Below are positions 63,726 to 64,000 of a stretch of DNA of 64,000 nt, piece after piece. The notes below the pieces were generated by a model. That model did no database searches and was not told where the DNA came from. It worked only from the letters and a program-made list of their open reading frames with translations. Made by a program: the position numbers and the translations under genes. The stretch comes from Patescibacteria group bacterium (GTDB lineage: Bacteria > Patescibacteriota > Microgenomatia > UBA10105 > UBA927), in contig DATKGN010000010.1 in NCBI GenBank assembly GCA_035510735.1, positions 27,814 to 91,813 on the forward strand, written 5' to 3'. The first letter of the stretch is position 1; each line of letters begins with the position of its first letter.

Positions 63726-64000
63726 TTATGACCCCGGCACGTCTTCGCGGCTGTGCGCTGCAATAATTTCTTTTACCATCGCGACTACCTGCTTCGGGTC
63801 ATATTCGCTCTTCACGATATATTTAACGGCTCCCTTAAGGAGTGCGTTTTCTGCATCCTTCTCTCCGGCAAGATTCGTGAGCATGATGACCGGAATACCT
63901 TTCATCTCGGGGTCAACCTTTAACTTCTCAAGGACCTGAAGTCCGTTCATCTTGGGCATCATGACATCAAGAAGAATAAGTGTTGGCTTAATCTGACGGG
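63726..64000 (-). CDS. response-regulator receiver domain protein (N-terminus beyond the window end)
   Basis: 'LDVMMPKMNGLQVLEKLKVDPEMKGIPVIMLTNLAGEKDAENALLKGAVKYIVK' is a CheY-like receiver C-terminal half. The ORF is still open at 64000. Confidence 0.7.
   Translation of the reverse strand, partial: RQIKPTLILLDVMMPKMNGLQVLEKLKVDPEMKGIPVIMLTNLAGEKDAENALLKGAVKYIVKSEYDPKQVVAMVKEIIAAHSREDVPGS

Noticed and set aside
1-64000. rRNA genes, transposases and integrases
   Set aside because: No stretch resembles 16S, 23S or 5S conserved cores, and no DDE or tyrosine-recombinase motifs were seen in any long ORF.

Overview
This 64-kb window looks like a compact Candidate Phyla Radiation (Patescibacteria)-type bacterial genome using the standard genetic code (TGA, TAA and TAG all end genes). 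The lineage call is an inference from gene content and style: many 23S-IVS-type four-helix-bundle paralogs, Pro/Thr-linker surface proteins, and in-frame repeat insertions inside housekeeping genes.

The backbone is a fragmented ribosomal-protein/secretion locus in the order rpmG, tRNA-Trp, secE, nusG, rplK, rplA, rplJ, rplL. It is interrupted at three points: (i) about 12.7 kb of accessory genes between tRNA-Trp and secE, (ii) a PT/Cys-rich surface protein between nusG and rplK, and (iii) roughly five hypothetical genes between rplA and rplJ. No rpoB follows rplL.

Other readable content:
- def and fmt, plus rpmB.
- An M50 protease.
- Four tRNAs: Thr-TGT, Tyr-GTA, Thr-GGT and Trp-CCA.
- galU and galT, and a TrmB-family regulator.
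- A RelB/RelE toxin-antitoxin pair.
- An archaeal-type PPAT-DPCK fusion.
- A complete pentose-phosphate operon on the minus strand (zwf ... gnd-pgl-rpiB-rpe-ubiA-tkt-tal).
- Several secreted, Pro/Thr-linker, Cys-rich surface proteins.

The unusual signals fall into four groups:
(1) A giant Cys-rich repeat protein ending in a dockerin-like module, immediately followed (overlapping start and stop) by a membrane-anchored cohesin-like protein. This is a putative cellulosome-style surface-docking pair.
(2) Downstream of nusG and rplL there are stacked copies of the gene's last codons plus stop codon. The copies are re-coded with synonymous changes, and each sits next to a conserved ATCCCGAY...RTCGGGAT hairpin. 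Three tRNAs are followed by direct duplications of their 3' ends, and two have 5' fragments upstream, one pair flanking a GIY-YIG nuclease gene. Together this suggests repeated insertion at gene 3' ends with regeneration of the target.
(3) Several repeat families are present: a 'TGTCATTGCGAG...CTCGCAATGACA' palindromic element, a 'TAGAGCTTAG/CTAAACTCTAA' palindromic element, and 7-8-nt tandem repeats. Some copies are inserted in frame inside conserved genes (an ArnT-like glycosyltransferase, O-antigen ligase, fmt, gnd, tkt), in the manner of Rickettsia palindromic elements.
(4) Six paralogs of the four-helix-bundle (23S rRNA IVS) protein are each bracketed by short tandem or inverted repeats.

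No rRNA, CRISPR array or classical transposase was seen.
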